From the IMG/VR virus record IMGVR_UViG_3300037183_000125, positions 1 through 64,000 of that record: a stretch of DNA of 64,000 bases, one strand, 5' to 3'. Below are positions 54,452-64,000 of this stretch, piece after piece. Made by a program: the position numbers and the translations under genes. The DNA comes from a virus. Lineage: Duplodnaviria; Caudoviricetes. Numbering within the stretch: position 1 is the first letter of the stretch; each line of letters opens with the position of its first letter. Below the pieces are notes generated by a model. The model was not told where the DNA came from. It saw nothing but the letters and a program-made list of their open reading frames with translations, and did no database searches.

Positions 54452-57400
54452 TCAATCGACAGACAAACTTAGGGAGTCTGTCAGGGGATCTCTGACGATC
54501 GTGTATGTGTGGAAGTTCCCGTCATCCCAGTCGAACGGAACTCTTAGAACGGCAACGTTCGCGTTCACATCCTGAATCTTCACGTACGGGATGTTATCCA
54601 AAGCGTCGAACCCGATAGCGGCAGCAACCCCAGGGCCAGCGTTACTGAGAAACCCGACGTAGACACCCGTGTCTACGTTCGGCGAGTAGACGAAGGAGTT
54701 AATCCGAAGGCGGACGGAGAACGTGAGGCCGAAGGACCTCGAGTCCGGGATGCCGGTCCTCATGCGATAGGTTGCGGTCGTCCCCGGGGAGAGAGTGGCG
54801 ACGCGCACCGCTGTCTCCGGGGAGGCCACCAGGGTGACGGACACGGCGTCCGGACGAGAGGCCACGAGGACCCAGCCGTCGCCGTACGGCTGAGGGGCGG
54901 GCTGGGTCACGACATTCACGACGTCGGCGGTCGGGTGGTACGCCGTCCCGAGCCTGTGGATCCCGTACTTCGTCCGGAGCTCCGAGACCAAAGAGTCGAC
55001 CATGGCGAGCGCGGTCGGGTCAGACGCCACGATGGCATCCCGCGTGTCATCCTCGATGTGGACACCAGGCTGAGAGATATGAAGATTGTACCTACTCTTC
55101 ATCTCCGTCAAAAGGTTTTCGACGGAGGCCAGGTCGGTCGCGTCCGGGGACGTCACGCCGTTGATCGTGTCGTTCAAAAGGTGGACGCCCGACTGGACGA
55201 GATGTGAGTTGTAGGTCGCCTTCAGGTCGTTCGCCAGGGCGATGGCCCGAACCAGGATGTCGTCCTCGGGGAGGTGGGAGCCCTGGAAAGAGTAAGAGGT
55301 GGTCCCAGTCTGGGTTATGGGACCCGAGAACCGGAGAGTCTCGTCGTCCGAGAACGGGGCCATCCTCGCCAGGCTGTCTCCCTCGTCGGAAGTCCAGAAC
55401 CTGATTCCCTCGTAGAGGACCCGAGTCGGCGCTTCTAGACGAACAAGAAGGGTCGAGCCGTGGACCCCGGGCTGAACGCGGTGGGCGTTATAGGAGTCGG
55501 CCACGTCGACGGACAGGGTGCAAAGAGAAATGAGGTCGGTCGCGTCCGCGGACGTGATCACGTTCGCCGTGTCGTCCATAGAGTGAACCTTCTGAACAAG
55601 AGGACCGACGACCTCATGGACGACCGCGGAGAGATGGCGGTTCACTGTCTCCTTCAGGGAGTTTGCCAGGAAAATGGCGGAGTCCAGGTCATGAGCGAGG
55701 GGAGGAAGGAGTAGGTTCGAGTCGTCGTCCTGAAGGTGGACCCTGGACTGGAAGACGTGATGAAGATATGCGTTCTTGACAGAGTTAAGGGTCGAGATGG
55801 AGGCGGCCAGGGGGTCTATGGCCGGAAGTGTGGTCACAACATTGACCATATCCTCGATCAGATGGTACCAGAAACCAACAAGATGGGGGTTTATCTCGGA
55901 CCGAAGCTGATTGAGAATGAGAACAGCTTCGTCGAGGACGACCGCCGGAGAGTTCGGTACGAAGTCGGTTACGTCGGTCGTCCTGTGGACACCGGGCGCC
56001 GTAAGATGGGCCCTATAACGGTCCATGAGGGAGTTGGAAAGGCCGATAACATAATTCGGGTCCACGCCCGGAACGGACGGCTTCGAGATATAGGTCATCG
56101 GCCAGGACGTCGGGTCTGAAGCGAGAAGGACTGGGGTGACCCTGAACTGAGAACCAGATAAAGCCGTAACAGACCTGATCTGCCCATAGTTCGGGCCGCC
56201 GAGGAACATTATTTCATCGCCAACTGCAGGGGTTACGGCGGAACCCGTGACGTCGATTATCGAGTATCCAAGTCCGGACGTCGCAAAGGCTGATGTGACG
56301 GTGGACCGTCCGAAATGCACGTAGCGACTGAGGCCAGAATCGTTCAGGAGGAAGTCCGGAACCACCTGATACTGTGAGCTCGAGATCTTGGCGACGACGA
56401 CTCGAGACTGGCCAGCATTAGGTCCGTCAAGAAACGAGACGAGTTGTCCTACGTCCAGAGAGTCAGACGTGGCGAGGGCGGACAGTCCGGTAACCCCGGC
56501 TTTGCCCACCCCGGGGAGGACCGGGTTAGAGAATTTCCCGTTCGTGCTGTCAGCAGAATCATGGTAAGAAGTCGAGAGTGAGTGGGAGGAGAAGGCGTCC
56601 GCTATGACGGACGCGCCGAGGGCCGCGGTTGTCAGGTCGAAGATCGTGAAGTCGGTCGCGATAGTGTCGACGAGGTCCGGGACAATGTGGTACGAGCCCT
56701 TCCCGATGTGGGAAGAGTAAGATTCAAGAATAGCATTGGCCAGGATGGCCGCTGAAGAGACATCGGTAGCGTCGTCCGCCTCGACAAGATCGACGATATC
56801 GGATGGGATATGGGTTCCATAGAGGACATAATGAGCGTTCAGCTTCGCCTTGATGTCGTTAGCAAGCGCTATGGCAGACGGGAGCCCGGTCGCCGGAGGT
56901 GCAGTTATGAAGTCGACAGTGTCGTTCACCGGGTGAACGCCCGGATAGACACGATGTGACTCGTATGCGGACCTGATGGCGTTCAGAAGGGCGTTGAGAC
57001 CGGTCACGGCACCTGCGACGGGAACGGCCGAGCTCTCGGAAACGTTCACATCGTCGTCGACAAGGTCCGTCGTGAAGCCTGCGAAAGAGACTGCGTTCAC
57101 AGCGGAGATGGTGTCAAGCGGAGTCCCGACCTTCACCATCCCATGACGGACCTCGAGGTCCTGGGTCGCGGGGACGGGCGGGGTCCCGTCGCCGAGAATG
57201 GTGACGGCCTGAACGTCCTTGTCGGACATGAACTCGTCTATCGGGGAGCCCCCGGAGTAGACAGTGAAACCCTGGTGCTGGTGTGACTTCTGCGTCCGGA
57301 GGTGGTCCGGGGAGGCGATGACGTTGGCCTGGTTAAGAACCTGGTTCGGAGGGATGAGGAGGTCCGTCAGTGTGATCTTCCCGACGGAGTAGCGCAGGAA

Positions 57401-60400
57401 GTCCCACCGGGTGCGAGAGAGCTCGGTCGGGCTGAACGCGCCGAAGGCGACGAATGGGCGGCCGCGGGCGGCGGAGAACAGGAAGGAGGACTCGGAAGGA
57501 GGAAGGGTAAGAACGTCGTACGGGACGGCGATGGCGGGGGTGGCCGAACCATCAAGGTAGACCTGAAGGCCCGCGGAGGGGTCGCGCATGACACGGTAGG
57601 TGTGGAGCGGGGCCCAGTCCACCTGGTGCAGGTAGTACGAGCTCAGGACGTCAGGAGGTCCTCCCCGATAGATGCCGATGAAGCGTCGCGAGGCGGACAA
57701 GGAGTCTGATATCTTGCTGTCCGCGAAGGCCGCGACGGAGTACCAGTCGACGACCGACCTGCAGGCCCTGATGTCGGAACCGGTGACGGGCTCGCCACCG
57801 GAGCCGAACGACAGGGACGGGCCGGAGACGCCCGCACTCAGGCCGTGATAAGTTGGCGCCGGGCCGACGGAGGGGGAGAGGACGACGCCGTCCGCGAGGA
57901 CCATGAGCGAGTTGACGCTCTTGGACGTGTACACGTTGAGGGTGTGGACCCCGCCGTCGTTCCAGGCGAACGCGTACTGGGCCATGACGACGAGCGTCCC
58001 CGAGGAGAAGTCATAGGTGAGGAGGTTCAGGTACTGGGCGCCGGACGGGGCGACCGCGAGGTGGAGCTCAACGTTCTTGCCAGACGGGCCCTCGTCGACG
58101 GACACGAGGGCGCCCGCAAAGTCGAGGTCCTGGTATGGAGAGGTCGTCGTGATGGTCGGACCCGGCGAGAAGGATAGGACCGACAGGCGGACGTCCAACT
58201 TCCAGTCAGCGCCGTTCCCGAGGACCTGATTGGTCACGAGCGGGTCCTCGAGCGTCCAGGCGATATAGTCCGAGGTCGAGACGTCCACCGCGCGCAGAAC
58301 GCGGTTAAAGAGACTCGCGGACTGGCCTCCGGACTTGACCCAGGTCGGGTCGTCGAGTTCCGGCAAGTTCGCGCCGAACCACGACATCTTCGGCTCTGGG
58401 CTCGAGTCCGAACCAAAGTATTTTCCCGGACTGAGGCCAAGCTTCGCGAGCGAGGACCCGGAAAGGATGGAGAAGGTGGCGGACACGCCGAGATCGGACG
58501 AGGACAGCGTCACGTGCCCGGAGGCGGCGGACGCGAAGGGAAAGCCGAGGACAGAGTTTATGCGGGCCGCGACGGACGCCGCGGTGTTCGTGCCGGGCGG
58601 AATGAGGAAGGAGACGGTGATAACCGGCTCGGATCCGATCTGGACGATGAGGGTGTCCCCATTGACGAGGACGAACGGGTCGGCGACGGTCCCGGTCGTG
58701 ACGGCCGGCGTCGGGGAGGACTGAAGGAAGGCAAGCTGGACCGAGAAGTCCGGATCCGCCATGAACAGGCCGAAGGCCCTGTCGCTAACGCTGGATGTCC
58801 AGTAGTCGGCGCCCATCCGGAACTCGGCCACCAGGGCGTTGTCCGTAGAAAGGATTGGCTCATAGCGGACATAACCGCGGTACGCGCCCGGGACGAGGCC
58901 GAGCTGCGGCATGTCCGCCGCGGAGGCGGAGGCGGTCGAGTCGACCAGCAAAAGGCCGGGAGTCAGGACGCGCTCGATGCCGGCCTGGCCGTAGGTTATC
59001 CACGGGGCGTCAGGGTCGAGCTCGGGCGTGGTCGAGGCCTGATAGTCGACCTGCTTGTTGTTCTCTATAAGGTTCGCGTCCACCGGCTGGACATTTACGC
59101 GGACGAACTGCCAGTCGCTCGAGCTCTTCGACTCTCGTCCGATGGACCCGAAGTAGACCTGCTGGATGACGTCGAACTCGGCGTCCACCGAGGACGTGTC
59201 AGGGAGGTCCGCCCGGGCCACAGAGGCCGAGGGGGCGACGGAGCCGCTGACGTACACGCCGACGCCGCCGGAGGGGTCGCGAGCGAGACGGTAGGTCTGG
59301 TACCCGGTCCAGTCCGCGGCGAAGGCGTTCCATGAACCCTCGAGCTCCGGGAACCCGCGGGAGGTCAAAACGCCGACCTGGCGCACCAGGGGGACCTGGT
59401 GCGAAGCGTCGTTCGTGAAGTGGACCCCGGGCTGGGTCCCGTGGGCGTTGAGAAGAAGGCGGAGCTGGTTCGCCAGGGCGACGGCCGAGGGGAGGTCCGT
59501 GGCCGCCGGGAGGGTGACGGCGTTCGCGGAGTCCGCCGCCCGGTGGATAAGCCCGACTCCGCCGCCCTTCGCGGCATGCTCGGAATAGGACGTGCGGACG
59601 GCGTTGACGAGGACCAGAAGCTCCGGGAGGCCCGAGGCGTCCACGAAGTCGACCTCGTCGGACGGGTCGTCCGGGAAGTGCGAGCCGACGTTCACGACGT
59701 GGCCGTTCAGCTGGGCCTTCAGGGAGTTCGCCATGACGATGGCGGAGGTCAGGTTCGTGGCCTGCGTCAGGATGAAGCCGACGACCGATATTTTGCGCCC
59801 GTCCGAGACGCCGAAGCTGACGCCAGAGAACACGCCGTCCGGGACGAACACGGCCGGGTCGGAGGACATGCGAGCGCGAAAGGCGGCCGAGATCGAGGAC
59901 TCGGCGTCCAGGTTGATCGCGTGCGTGAAGAATGGGGGCTTAGAGTCGACCCCGCTCTGGGTGCTCGAGTCGACGACGGTGAGGGCCGAGCCGCCGGGCG
60001 CCAGCGTCAGTGTACCGCGGCCCTCCTGCGTCCACGGGTCGAGCGCGTTCTGCGGGAGGGTCGTCGGGTCGTACCGGATGGTCACCTCAGTGACGCGCTC
60101 GAACAGGACCGGGTACGTGAGCTTGTTCGTCGGGACGTTAAGGAGAAGAGTCGTCGGGTCGTTCAGGGACGCCGTGTACGCCCTCTCGTAGGCCTTATAC
60201 TTCCACCCACGCTTGAACGGCTTGAACGGGGCGGACAGAGGGACGCCCTCGGCGCCCGTTATAAGGTGGGAGCTCGACCTGTAGCGGTGCTTTGGGACGC
60301 CGGCGAGGGCCGTGTTCCCGTACTGGTTCAGAGTGAACTCAGGGGAGTTCAGGCGCATGAACCTCGAGGGAGGGTTCTCCACGAAGTCGTAGTCGATGGA

Positions 60401-61297
60401 GATCGTGTCGGACCAGGTTGGTTTTGAGGACAGAACGACAGCCCCCATAAGGCCGAACACGGCGTCAACGCCAGCGGGCTGTCCGTTGACTGTCACACTG
60501 ACATCATAAGGACTGTCCGCGGGCTGTCCATAGCGCGGGTCCAAGATGGTCCAGGGAAAGGGGCCGGTAAGCGGGCCTGGATACACGTTGGTAGCAGGCT
60601 TGACCGGGGGAGAGTCTACGCGGTCAATGAGGTCTACGTTCTGGTGAACGAAATGGTTCTGCCTATGGCTCTCGTACTTACGGCGCAGCTCGTTCAGGAG
60701 ATTCAGGACCTGCGACAGGTTGGAGGACGGGCCAAGGGCGACGAGGTCCTGGAAGTCGATCTCGATATGGACCTTCGGGTCTCCTGACACGTCATGCGCG
60801 TGCGCATTGTACTTCGCTAGCAGGTCGTTCGCCAGGATGATGGCGGAGGCGAGGTCGTGGCACCCATCGGCCGTGACAACGTTTGTCCCGTCGTCCATTC
60901 CGTGCACGCCCTCGAGGACGCCGTCAACGAGCACCTTCCTCGAGCGGTGCAGACCGTACTGGAGCTTGATGTCGTTGGCCAGGGTGACGACGGAGTCGGT
61001 CGTGGCGTCCTCGTCGAGAACGCTGAAGGAGGAGTCCGCGAGGACGAGCACCTTGGAGGTGACGACCGACTGGATCCGGAAGGTCCCGTCGTTCCTGCCA
61101 CCCTCAGTCCCGGAGACGGTGACGAGGCGACCAACATCGTCCTCCGAGAAGTTCCCGGACGATATCTGGACCTGGTTCTCGGACAGGACCCGGAGGTCCG
61201 ACCCGACGAGGAGTGGGAGGGGGCGCTTGACTATCGGCCCCCTGTTGGTGAACAAGGTCCTGTCCGACACGGACGCTATCCCGGTGAAGTAGACCAT
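54452..61297 (-). CDS. Giant virion protein (2281 aa) with beta-sandwich/lectin-like domains and His-pair helical repeats
   Basis: Repeated DW...HTY..R domains alternate with 18 ATDL.SA..LAN.L...Y..H-x6-H-x3-D repeats. Confidence 0.75.
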   Translation of the reverse strand: MVYFTGIASVSDRTLFTNRGPIVKRPLPLLVGSDLRVLSENQVQISSGNFSEDDVGRLVTVSGTEGGRNDGTFRIQSVVTSKVLVLADSSFSVLDEDATTDSVVTLANDIKLQYGLHRSRKVLVDGVLEGVHGMDDGTNVVTADGCHDLASAIILANDLLAKYNAHAHDVSGDPKVHIEIDFQDLVALGPSSNLSQVLNLLNELRRKYESHRQNHFVHQNVDLIDRVDSPPVKPATNVYPGPLTGPFPWTILDPRYGQPADSPYDVSVTVNGQPAGVDAVFGLMGAVVLSSKPTWSDTISIDYDFVENPPSRFMRLNSPEFTLNQYGNTALAGVPKHRYRSSSHLITGAEGVPLSAPFKPFKRGWKYKAYERAYTASLNDPTTLLLNVPTNKLTYPVLFERVTEVTIRYDPTTLPQNALDPWTQEGRGTLTLAPGGSALTVVDSSTQSGVDSKPPFFTHAINLDAESSISAAFRARMSSDPAVFVPDGVFSGVSFGVSDGRKISVVGFILTQATNLTSAIVMANSLKAQLNGHVVNVGSHFPDDPSDEVDFVDASGLPELLVLVNAVRTSYSEHAAKGGGVGLIHRAADSANAVTLPAATDLPSAVALANQLRLLLNAHGTQPGVHFTNDASHQVPLVRQVGVLTSRGFPELEGSWNAFAADWTGYQTYRLARDPSGGVGVYVSGSVAPSASVARADLPDTSSVDAEFDVIQQVYFGSIGRESKSSSDWQFVRVNVQPVDANLIENNKQVDYQASTTPELDPDAPWITYGQAGIERVLTPGLLLVDSTASASAADMPQLGLVPGAYRGYVRYEPILSTDNALVAEFRMGADYWTSSVSDRAFGLFMADPDFSVQLAFLQSSPTPAVTTGTVADPFVLVNGDTLIVQIGSEPVITVSFLIPPGTNTAASVAARINSVLGFPFASAASGHVTLSSSDLGVSATFSILSGSSLAKLGLSPGKYFGSDSSPEPKMSWFGANLPELDDPTWVKSGGQSASLFNRVLRAVDVSTSDYIAWTLEDPLVTNQVLGNGADWKLDVRLSVLSFSPGPTITTTSPYQDLDFAGALVSVDEGPSGKNVELHLAVAPSGAQYLNLLTYDFSSGTLVVMAQYAFAWNDGGVHTLNVYTSKSVNSLMVLADGVVLSPSVGPAPTYHGLSAGVSGPSLSFGSGGEPVTGSDIRACRSVVDWYSVAAFADSKISDSLSASRRFIGIYRGGPPDVLSSYYLHQVDWAPLHTYRVMRDPSAGLQVYLDGSATPAIAVPYDVLTLPPSESSFLFSAARGRPFVAFGAFSPTELSRTRWDFLRYSVGKITLTDLLIPPNQVLNQANVIASPDHLRTQKSHQHQGFTVYSGGSPIDEFMSDKDVQAVTILGDGTPPVPATQDLEVRHGMVKVGTPLDTISAVNAVSFAGFTTDLVDDDVNVSESSAVPVAGAVTGLNALLNAIRSAYESHRVYPGVHPVNDTVDFITAPPATGLPSAIALANDIKAKLNAHYVLYGTHIPSDIVDLVEADDATDVSSAAILANAILESYSSHIGKGSYHIVPDLVDTIATDFTIFDLTTAALGASVIADAFSSHSLSTSYHDSADSTNGKFSNPVLPGVGKAGVTGLSALATSDSLDVGQLVSFLDGPNAGQSRVVVAKISSSQYQVVPDFLLNDSGLSRYVHFGRSTVTSAFATSGLGYSIIDVTGSAVTPAVGDEIMFLGGPNYGQIRSVTALSGSQFRVTPVLLASDPTSWPMTYISKPSVPGVDPNYVIGLSNSLMDRYRAHLTAPGVHRTTDVTDFVPNSPAVVLDEAVLILNQLRSEINPHLVGFWYHLIEDMVNVVTTLPAIDPLAASISTLNSVKNAYLHHVFQSRVHLQDDDSNLLLPPLAHDLDSAIFLANSLKETVNRHLSAVVHEVVGPLVQKVHSMDDTANVITSADATDLISLCTLSVDVADSYNAHRVQPGVHGSTLLVRLEAPTRVLYEGIRFWTSDEGDSLARMAPFSDDETLRFSGPITQTGTTSYSFQGSHLPEDDILVRAIALANDLKATYNSHLVQSGVHLLNDTINGVTSPDATDLASVENLLTEMKSRYNLHISQPGVHIEDDTRDAIVASDPTALAMVDSLVSELRTKYGIHRLGTAYHPTADVVNVVTQPAPQPYGDGWVLVASRPDAVSVTLVASPETAVRVATLSPGTTATYRMRTGIPDSRSFGLTFSVRLRINSFVYSPNVDTGVYVGFLSNAGPGVAAAIGFDALDNIPYVKIQDVNANVAVLRVPFDWDDGNFHTYTIVRDPLTDSLSLSVD

Positions 61298-63765
61298 TAG
61301 TACACCAGATTCCCGGCATGGTCCGTCAGGCCAACTGCGGTCACGGAGTATGGGATGGGCTCCATCTTGGTCACGGCCACGGAGGCCAGCACAGGGCTAA
61401 CCCATCCGGAGCCAAGGGGCTGGATGGGACCTCCCGTGATGGGGAGTGCCGCCGGGGTGACGGGGACCTCCCGCATCGGCTTGGAGAAGAAGGCGAGGAC
61501 CTGGTCCGCGCCGAGGACGGGGCCCCGAACTGGATCGAAGGAAAGCCCGCTCTGCGGCAGGACGGACGCAAGGGACGGACGCACGGCGAGCGCTGTGAAC
61601 GGGAGGTCGACGCTCTCCACGTGCGACCGATAGGCGGGGACGGAGGGGGCCGGGACGACGGGCGGGCCGTTGTACACGTACGAGTCCTGGAGGAGCCCTA
61701 CGGCACGGCTCGCCGAGCCATCCTTCATCGAGGGGGACGACAGGCGGACGGTGTCGAACACGGGGGCCGAGACCATCCTGTAGCCGGCATACAGGTGAGG
61801 GCCGACCCGGACCAGGTGCGAGGCCAGGACCTGCGTTAGGTCGGCGACCAGGGCCATATAGCTGTCCAGGTCCGTCGCCTCGGGGGCCGTGATCGCAGAC
61901 GGATCGGCGTGATAGTGGATGGTGGCCGAGGCCATGTGCGCCATGACCTTCTGGCGAACGCCGTTCGCCGCGGACATAGAGGACGCCAGGGGGAGGGAGG
62001 CGTAGTCCGTCGGCGACACGAGGTTGATGACGTCGGTGACCTGATGCCCGGCCGCCCCCGGGACGATGTGCTGTCGGTACGCCTCGAGCGCCTGATTGTA
62101 GGCCCAGATGAGGACGGGCAGGGAGCCGAGGACGGCCGGGTCGGTCGGGACCTCGAGACCGTCGGCGCCGACTATGACCATGGGGGCGCCGGCGACGAGC
62201 GAGACGTTCCGGTCGGTCCTGAGGTCCACCCAGCGGTCAACGCTGACGAGGCTCGAGGTGATAACCGCGGGCGCAGCCCCAGGACGGGCGACGATGGACC
62301 CCGTGTAGTCGGAGGGCGTGCACGAGCTCCCGCCGTCCTCGCTCGTGAGGGTGGCCCTGACGTGGAGGCTCGGGACCTCCGTGTCCAGGACCACCCTCAG
62401 GTCCGCGAAGTACGTGTACGGACCGGAGACGTCGAAGGCAAGGTTCGGGTCCGACTCCCGGCAATAGGCCGTGATAGAGCCGACCGGCGAATGGTAAGCC
62501 GTCGAAAACTGGAGTGGGTACTCGAGGAGGAGGTGGGTCTTGTAGGAGGCGGCGACCAGGTTGGAGGCCGCGATGGCGCCGGCGAGATCGGACGGATCCA
62601 CCTGCGGGATAGAGAACAGGTTGATCGTGTCCGGATAAAGGTGGACGCGCGGGCGGAGATAGTGGTCCGGGATCGCGACGAGAAGCTGGTTCAGGAGGCG
62701 GACGGCGCTCAGCTGGTCCGTGGCGGCCGGGGCGCTGATGGCATCCTTCGAGGTCACGGACAACGGGGAGACATGGATCTGCTCCAGGGCCGTCACATGG
62801 CCAGCATATCCGGCCCTCAGCTGGTTCAGGAGAGTGATGAGGCTCGGCAGGTCGGTCGCGGGCGGCGCGGCCACGCCGTCCTGGGCGTCCAGGTGGAGGT
62901 GGGCGGTCGAGGCGGAGACAGACCAGGCCCCGGTCGAGGCGGCCCCGGACACGGGGCAGCTGAAGAAGACACGCACGTTCGCCGTCCGGAAGAAGTCCGA
63001 GGACACGTCCGTGACGAAGGCGTCGGTCAGCTGAAGCTGAGTCAGGTCGGCGAGCGAGAACGGGAGCGGGGAGCGTAGGGCCAGGGTGAGCGGGACCGTC
63101 TCCGAAGAGTGGTTCAGGGAAACGTCCGTAATGCCCGACGTGGCGATGACGAAGGACAGGGCAGTAGGGGTCCCTGCTGGTAGGTGAAGCCGGAGCGTCG
63201 TCTCCGGGATGGACTCCGAGGCCCAGGTGGCCTGCGTCATGGCGAAGGCGGGACCCCCGGCGGCGTCGGCGATGGTGAACGTTGCGGAGCCCGAGAAGGG
63301 GCCGACGGGCTTGTCGAACAGGACGTCGACCTCGCCTCTCTTGGAAAGAAAGGCGCCGAGGGCCCGCGGGGGATCCACAACGTTCGCCGTGAAACTTCGA
63401 GCGGTGTTGAGAAGGTAGTCGCTGGAGACCATCTCGACGGAGGAGACAGACACAGCGTACTGCGTCGTGGTCGTGAGCGGAGCATCGAGTACCAGGACAA
63501 CAGAGTCGTCGAGCTCGTCGTAGAACTCGACGGACAGGATGGCCGGAACGTGCGCGGTCCCGGGGGAGGCGAGGGAGGCGAGGGAGTAGACCGACGGATC
63601 GAGGGCGGAGTCGGTCACCTGGCCGTTGAAGAGGACCCGGAAGGCCGCCGACGTGAGCTGGTGGGCCCGGAAGTCGGGCGAGTCCGGACCGAAGCCGTCT
63701 ACCGCCCCGAAGACGATATCGGCAAAGCGGCTGTTCGGTGTACCGAGTCTTCCGGTGAAAGGCAT
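61297..63765 (-). CDS. Virion protein with Ig-like domains and six His-pair repeats
   Basis: RVLFNGQV..Y, VLFDKPV, AFFSKPM..YSVTAVGLTDHAGN (Ig-like); the same helical repeat; TAATG coupling to the next gene. Confidence 0.72.
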   Translation of the reverse strand: MPFTGRLGTPNSRFADIVFGAVDGFGPDSPDFRAHQLTSAAFRVLFNGQVTDSALDPSVYSLASLASPGTAHVPAILSVEFYDELDDSVVLVLDAPLTTTTQYAVSVSSVEMVSSDYLLNTARSFTANVVDPPRALGAFLSKRGEVDVLFDKPVGPFSGSATFTIADAAGGPAFAMTQATWASESIPETTLRLHLPAGTPTALSFVIATSGITDVSLNHSSETVPLTLALRSPLPFSLADLTQLQLTDAFVTDVSSDFFRTANVRVFFSCPVSGAASTGAWSVSASTAHLHLDAQDGVAAPPATDLPSLITLLNQLRAGYAGHVTALEQIHVSPLSVTSKDAISAPAATDQLSAVRLLNQLLVAIPDHYLRPRVHLYPDTINLFSIPQVDPSDLAGAIAASNLVAASYKTHLLLEYPLQFSTAYHSPVGSITAYCRESDPNLAFDVSGPYTYFADLRVVLDTEVPSLHVRATLTSEDGGSSCTPSDYTGSIVARPGAAPAVITSSLVSVDRWVDLRTDRNVSLVAGAPMVIVGADGLEVPTDPAVLGSLPVLIWAYNQALEAYRQHIVPGAAGHQVTDVINLVSPTDYASLPLASSMSAANGVRQKVMAHMASATIHYHADPSAITAPEATDLDSYMALVADLTQVLASHLVRVGPHLYAGYRMVSAPVFDTVRLSSPSMKDGSASRAVGLLQDSYVYNGPPVVPAPSVPAYRSHVESVDLPFTALAVRPSLASVLPQSGLSFDPVRGPVLGADQVLAFFSKPMREVPVTPAALPITGGPIQPLGSGWVSPVLASVAVTKMEPIPYSVTAVGLTDHAGNLVY

Positions 63766-63777
63766 GGAGAACGATAC

Positions 63778-64000
63778 TCAGGAGACTATGATGTAACCAG
63801 TACCGATCGACTTCATCCGGACATATTTTCTCGGAGTGTTCATGACAAAACCCGTGGAGCCGTCCATGTCGGAGGAATCAGAGGCTGTCACGAAAACGGG
63901 ACCAGTACCATTGGTTATGTTCTTCACCCCGAGCTCAAGATTGAGGGCGCCGGTGGCAGGAGGGACTATGATGGAGAAACCGGTCGGCCCGGACGGGACG
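63778..64000 (-). CDS. C-terminus of a tail-fibre-like protein, start outside window
   Basis: Manual translation: ..IIVPPATGALNLELGVKNITNGTGPVFVTASDSSDMDGSTGFVMNTPRKYVRMKSIGTGYIIVS*. Confidence 0.6.
   Translation of the reverse strand, partial: VPSGPTGFSIIVPPATGALNLELGVKNITNGTGPVFVTASDSSDMDGSTGFVMNTPRKYVRMKSIGTGYIIVS

Noticed and set aside
1-64000. Genome-wide TGA recoding (code 4 or 25)
   Set aside because: Many genes end in TGA with ATGA/GTGA coupling at natural domain ends, and the long genes contain no internal TGA. Only one clean internal case was found.
1-64000. tRNA, rRNA, integrase, capsid or terminase genes
   Set aside because: None recognised by eye; intergenic gaps are mostly too short. 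A tRNAscan/Infernal run would be needed to exclude small RNAs.

Overview
The window is a ~64 kb piece of a large, GC-rich tailed-phage (jumbo-phage-like) genome. The host is probably a myxobacterium, inferred from a Gly/Ser-linker Cys-rich lipoprotein and host-like signalling genes. Most genes are on the minus strand. The left half (1-30 kb) holds host-takeover and replication genes: metallophosphoesterase, two sigma-70-family factors, a CheY-like receiver, Dam methylase, AAA+ ATPase, pyrF, dcd, a ThyX-like remnant, family A DNA polymerase, DnaJ, a SLOG protein, a stand-alone primase zinc finger, an ATP-grasp gene with an in-frame TGA, a PhyH-type 2OG-Fe dioxygenase, intein-containing DnaB, a degenerate DnaC-like loader and a SNF2 helicase. 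Six homing-endonuclease ORFs or domains are interspersed. The right half (30-64 kb) holds envelope proteins and a long baseplate/tail-fibre module. Main observations: (1) a leader uORF whose stop codon is followed in frame by GPRGPP, whose codons also form the anti-SD arm of a hairpin over the next RBS, upstream of an ECF sigma operon; (2) 15 start codons with a TAnnnT box only 5-7 nt upstream, including three back-to-back AnnnTAnnnT elements firing both ways; (3) a shared C-terminal (V/I)M(E/T)x tag on four zinc-ribbon proteins; (4) about 24 His-pair helical repeats, mostly in triads, in two virion proteins. All calls come from motif recognition by eye; no database search was run.
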